From assembly GCA_902782145.1 (NCBI GenBank), contig CACZLZ010000008.1, positions 23,327 through 87,326 on the forward strand: a DNA stretch of 64,000 nucleotides, read 5' to 3'. Shown here one piece after another: positions 63,151 through 64,000 of the stretch (position 1 is the first letter of the stretch; the number at the start of each line of letters is the position of its first letter). The position numbers were made by a program, and so were the translations under genes. Source of the stretch: an uncultured Aeromonadales bacterium. GTDB taxonomy: Bacteria > Pseudomonadota > Gammaproteobacteria > Enterobacterales > Succinivibrionaceae. The notes beneath the pieces are model-generated. The model did no database searches. It had not been told where the DNA came from and was given only the letters and a program-made list of their open reading frames with translations.

Positions 63151-63248
63151 GGAGAAACCGCAGACCCGGCAGTCAGCTCCACAGGGAAACCGCAGTCCCG
63201 GCAGTCAGCTCCACGGGGAAACAACTGTCCCGGCGGTCAGTGACCCCG
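63151..63248. repeat. 32-33-bp tandem repeat, 3 units
   Basis: Units start at 63151, 63184 and 63216, with the pattern GGGAAACCGCAGTCCCGGCAGTCAGCTCCAC. They lie in the truB-rpsO spacer. Confidence 0.75.
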
Positions 63249-63290
63249 TGATCGGTGGCCGCAGGAATGGCGCACGGTATCCCAAGACTC

Positions 63291-64000
63291 TCAGGCCTCG
63301 GGGGCGCCTTCCTCCGGCACCGGCAGATCCTGGGGATCGCCCACCGGCTGCAGCAGGGCCAGCACCTGGGCACTGCGCACCAGGCGCCGGGGCTTCAGCA
63401 GTGTCCCCTCCACCTCGCCGACACCCAGGAAATACCCCCGGGTGCTGTCATAAAGCCGCACAGGACCGGCGGGCGCCCCGGGAACTGCCAGGGACACCGC
63501 CTGGCCGCTCATGATCCGGGAAACCTGCCCGCCAGCCAGCCGGAGCTCCGGGAACCGGGATACCGCGCTGTCCGGGGGCAGCAGCAGATGATCGATGCCA
63601 TCCCGTTGACCGTCAGAGGACTCCAGGCTCTCGTCCAGGATCCGGTTGAGATCCTCCAGGGTGATCATGGCAGCGGGATCATAACTGGCCACCGCCGTGC
63701 GGCGGAGCCGGGTCACATGGGCCCCGCAGCCCAGGGCCTCCCCCAGATCGTCCACTATGGTGCGAATATAAGTGCCCTTGGAGCAGCTGATCCTGAGGGT
63801 GGCAGTGTCCCCCTGGTAGGACAGCAGTTCAATGGAGTGGATCGTGACGGGACGGGCCTCCCGCTCCAGGCTGATCCCCTGGCGGGCATATTCATACAGG
63901 GGCCGCCCGTGGTACTTCAGGGCCGAATACATGGAGGGCACCTGCAGGATCTCCCCCCGGAAGGCCTCCAATGCCTCCAGCAGGCGTTCCCGGGTGACAT
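63291..64000 (-). CDS. truB: tRNA pseudouridine(55) synthase TruB, C-terminal part (gene runs off the window end)
   Basis: GEILQVPSMYSALKYHGRPLYEYARQGISLEREARPVTIHSIEL...SCSKGTYIRTIVDDLG. The frame stays open to position 64000 (VTRERLLEALEAF...). Confidence 0.9.
   Translation of the reverse strand, partial: VTRERLLEALEAFRGEILQVPSMYSALKYHGRPLYEYARQGISLEREARPVTIHSIELLSYQGDTATLRISCSKGTYIRTIVDDLGEALGCGAHVTRLRRTAVASYDPAAMITLEDLNRILDESLESSDGQRDGIDHLLLPPDSAVSRFPELRLAGGQVSRIMSGQAVSLAVPGAPAGPVRLYDSTRGYFLGVGEVEGTLLKPRRLVRSAQVLALLQPVGDPQDLPVPEEGAPEA

Noticed and set aside
62892-63224. N-terminal 111-aa extension of the rpsO ORF (200-aa ORF in the track).
   Set aside because: S15 is 89 aa. The canonical MSLTKEQ start is at 62891, and the upstream part runs through the tandem repeat.

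Overview
This is a 64-kb high-GC (about 58-60 % by eye) bacterial chromosome segment. All family names come from motif recognition by eye; no searches were run.

**Housekeeping genes.** They look gammaproteobacterial: E. coli-like MalE, PotF, PykF, FbaA, Pgk, PNPase, S15, TruB and a YdiJ-YdiI pair.

**Flagellar cluster (1-16.2 kb, minus strand).** It holds two flagellins, a Maf-type flagellin glycosyltransferase, flgLKJIHGF and flgEDCB. Two textbook sigma54 promoters precede flgF and flgB. The matching sigma54 activator (FlrA/FleQ-like) lies at 38.0-39.5 kb.

**Flagellin glycosylation genes.** They are split over three sites:
- maf at 2.7-4.8 kb
- a DUF4910-like gene plus a formyltransferase at 16.8-19.1 kb
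- pseB-pseC at 40.0-42.2 kb

**Most unusual region: a small accessory island at about 28.4-33.0 kb.** It contains:
- a 33-bp-phased array of a palindromic 21-nt motif
- an AAA+ (DUF4143-type) ATPase
- an ABC-type ATPase followed by a Toprim-like (DUF4276-type) gene, which is a split OLD/PARIS-like candidate defence pair
- a 251-bp MITE with inverted termini and an 8-bp target duplication, which cleanly interrupts the Toprim-like gene

**Other items worth a look:**
- a 630-aa polytopic membrane protein of unknown family
- a wHTH-GHKL ATPase-STAS(DUF4325)-like single-chain protein
- an 1145-aa Ser/Thr kinase fused to DUF285/BspA-type repeats with a C-terminal hydrophobic tail
- a short cysteine-containing flagellin paralogue
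- several intergenic tandem repeats
- strong GATC/GGATCC over-representation that drops inside the island

**Limits.** No rRNA, tRNA, CRISPR array, integrase or prophage genes were recognised. Start codons were refined by eye from RBS context.
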